From Chthonomonadales bacterium (GTDB lineage: Bacteria; Armatimonadota; Chthonomonadetes; Chthonomonadales; Chthonomonadaceae): DNA of 16,226 nucleotides. The DNA lies in assembly GCA_038217285.1 (NCBI GenBank), contig JBBQPO010000136.1, positions 1 through 16,226 on the forward strand, given 5' to 3'. How positions within the stretch are numbered: position 1 is the first letter of the stretch; the number at the start of each line of letters is the position of its first letter. Below, in pieces: positions 14,178 to 16,226 of this stretch. The translations under genes and the position numbers were made by a program. Under the pieces are notes generated by a model. The model did not search any database. It saw only the letters and a list, made by a program, of their open reading frames with translations, and was not told where the DNA came from.

Positions 14178-15302
14178 ATGCGAGTCGTGGTAAGCGGCGG
14201 GGGGACCGGCGGTCATATCTTTCCGGCTCTGGCGGTGGTAGAGGCGTTGGAGCGGGCTGACCCGACGGGCGACCGCCTCTATATCGGCGGGTCCACGGGC
14301 ATGGAGACCCAGATCGTCCCGCAGGCCGGTGTGCCGTTTCAGGCGGTGACGGCGCGGAAACTGCGAAAGCTTATCTCGCCCTCTACGGTGGGCGTGGCCT
14401 GGTCGCTCTTCAAGGGCTACCGCGAGGCCAGAACCTATCTGCGGGCGTTTCGGGCTGAGGCGGTGGTCGGCACAGGCGGCTATGTGGCGGGAGCCGCGAT
14501 GCTGGCCGGGGTGACGCTCGGGCTGCCGACGCTCATTCTCGCGCCCGATCTGGTTCCAGGCCGTACCAATCGCCTGCTGGCGCGGTTTGTGAAGAAGGTC
14601 TGCGTGGTCTTCCCGGAGACCGTGAAGGTGTTCGGCACGACCAAGAGTGTGGTGACGGGACTGCCGCTGCGTTCCGCCATCGTGCTGTCACCGGAGGTGA
14701 CGCCCCAGAAGGCGCGGTGCACGTTCCCAGGCCTGCGCCCGGACGCCTTTACGGTCCTCGTCGCCGGAGGCAGTCAGGGCGCGCGGGCAGTGAACAATCT
14801 GGTGTTGGGAGCCGCTCCGGAACTGCTGGCCGCAGGGCTGCAGATCCTGCATCAGACCGGCCCGAAGAACTTCGAGGAGGTGACGGAGCAGGCGAAGGCG
14901 CAGGGATTGACTGCGGAAAAAGGCTATCTGCCGATCGCTTTCTTCGACGCGACCCAGATGCCGCTGGCCCTCCGCGCCGCTGACATGTTTGTCTGTCGGG
15001 GTGGCATTTCGACGCTTTCCGAAGCGATGGCGAACGGCTTGCCTGCCCTGGTCATTCCGCTGCCGACCGCCTATGCGGACCACCAGACGGCGAATGCACG
15101 GGCGCTGGAAGCAGCGGGTGGGGGCCTGCACCGTGCGGAAAACGATCTTACGGCGGCGAAATTAGGGGCGGATATTCTGGGTCTGCGCGCCGACTCACGG
15201 CGCCTCGCCGCAATGTCGCAGGCCGCGCGGGCGCTGGGAAAATCGGACGCGGCAGACGTGGTCGCACAACTTATTCTTTCTTTGCGAGGTGAACAACACT
15301 AG
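14178..15302 (+). CDS. murG: Undecaprenyl-PP-MurNAc-pentapeptide N-acetylglucosamine transferase
   Basis: GGGTGGHIFPA, GTGGY, GGSQGA, HQTG and DHQTANA, in the dcw position after ftsW. Confidence 0.96.
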   Translation: MRVVVSGGGTGGHIFPALAVVEALERADPTGDRLYIGGSTGMETQIVPQAGVPFQAVTARKLRKLISPSTVGVAWSLFKGYREARTYLRAFRAEAVVGTGGYVAGAAMLAGVTLGLPTLILAPDLVPGRTNRLLARFVKKVCVVFPETVKVFGTTKSVVTGLPLRSAIVLSPEVTPQKARCTFPGLRPDAFTVLVAGGSQGARAVNNLVLGAAPELLAAGLQILHQTGPKNFEEVTEQAKAQGLTAEKGYLPIAFFDATQMPLALRAADMFVCRGGISTLSEAMANGLPALVIPLPTAYADHQTANARALEAAGGGLHRAENDLTAAKLGADILGLRADSRRLAAMSQAARALGKSDAADVVAQLILSLRGEQH

Positions 15303-16226
15303 ATGGCAACACCGAAACATATTCATTTTCTGGGGATCGCCGGTATCGGAGTCTCGGCGCTGGCGCAGGTCGCGCAGGCGCGTGGCATTCGGGTATCGGG
15401 CTCCGATCCGAACGCCGATCCTGCGGCCAGTCCCGCCGTCGCACGTCTGCATCAGGGCGGCGCGACGCTCTATCGGGAGCATAAGGCAGGCAACCTGGCG
15501 GAGGATGTCGATCTCGTCGTCGCTTCTGCGGCGGTTGCGGAGGACAATCCGGAAGTCAGGGCGGCGCGGGCGCGCAGGGTTCGGGTCGTTTCGCGGGCCG
15601 ACTTTCTGGGCGAGCTCATGGCGGCGCATCGTGGGCCGAAGATCGCGGTCGCTGGAACGCACGGCAAGACGACCACGACGGGAATGCTCGGGGTACTGCT
15701 GCAAAACGCCGGCCTGGACCCCACCGTGTTTGTCGGCGGCGAGGTGGCAGAGCTTGGCGGCAATGTACGGGTCGGGAGCGAAGACGGCCCCTTTGTGGCG
15801 GAAGCCTGCGAAGCCTACGACTCGTTTCTGAGCCTGAAACCCGATATCGCCGTGCTCACCAACGTCGAGGCCGATCATCTCGACCACTACGGCACCGCAG
15901 AGCGCGTACAGGCCAGCTTCATTCGCTTTCTAAACAATGTGCGCCCCGGCGGAACCATCGTCGCCTGCGCCGACGATGCCGGCGCGAAAGAGGTGTTGAA
16001 GCGTTTCCTGCCTACGGCCTCCCTAACCTATGGAATGACGGACGAGACGGCGCAGATGCAGGCGCACAGCCTGCAACTGGACGCGCACACCGCCTTCACC
16101 TGGGGCGACGCCGATCCTGCCCACGATACGCGTATCGTGCTCAATGTCCCAGGCTGTCACAACGTGCTGAACGCCCTGGCAGCGGCGTCCGTCGCCACAC
16201 TCCTCCATGTGCCGGTGGCAGCGATC
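15303..16226 (+). CDS. murC: UDP-N-acetylmuramate--L-alanine ligase (partial, runs off the right edge)
   Basis: Manual translation from ATG 15303: MATPKHIHFLGIAGIGVSALA...VSGSD...DNPEV...AVAGTHGKTTTT...VAEACEAYDSFL...TNVEADHLDHYG...PGCHNVLNALAA. Abuts the murG stop. Confidence 0.95.
   Translation, partial: MATPKHIHFLGIAGIGVSALAQVAQARGIRVSGSDPNADPAASPAVARLHQGGATLYREHKAGNLAEDVDLVVASAAVAEDNPEVRAARARRVRVVSRADFLGELMAAHRGPKIAVAGTHGKTTTTGMLGVLLQNAGLDPTVFVGGEVAELGGNVRVGSEDGPFVAEACEAYDSFLSLKPDIAVLTNVEADHLDHYGTAERVQASFIRFLNNVRPGGTIVACADDAGAKEVLKRFLPTASLTYGMTDETAQMQAHSLQLDAHTAFTWGDADPAHDTRIVLNVPGCHNVLNALAAASVATLLHVPVAAI

Overview
High-GC bacterial window that is mostly core housekeeping sequence. From 3314 to the right edge on the + strand it carries a canonical division and cell wall (dcw) operon: mraZ, rsmH, ftsL-like, class B PBP (ftsI-like), murE, murF, mraY, murD, ftsW, murG and murC (which runs off the window). 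A sigma70-type promoter and a 4-copy 11-bp direct-repeat array precede it. Divergently, on the - strand, lie a 96-aa hypothetical gene, hemL and a 163-aa membrane protein. The left ~750 bp is a decayed zone containing a 124-bp element with 16-bp inverted ends, a deleted and frameshifted NAD-dependent epimerase remnant, a DUF1016/YhcG-like fragment and the left end of an IS3-family element that cuts that fragment. I do not see a convincingly new multi-gene system. The most interesting signals are a non-canonical putative MraZ operator next to an altered MraZ motif, non-canonical active-site motifs in MurD and MurG, a predicted Zn/Cys site in the PBP, a terminator-like hairpin inside the dcw operon, and short intergenic tandem repeats. 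The host may be Armatimonadota-like, but that is an unverified impression. All family assignments come from motif recognition by eye, not database searches.
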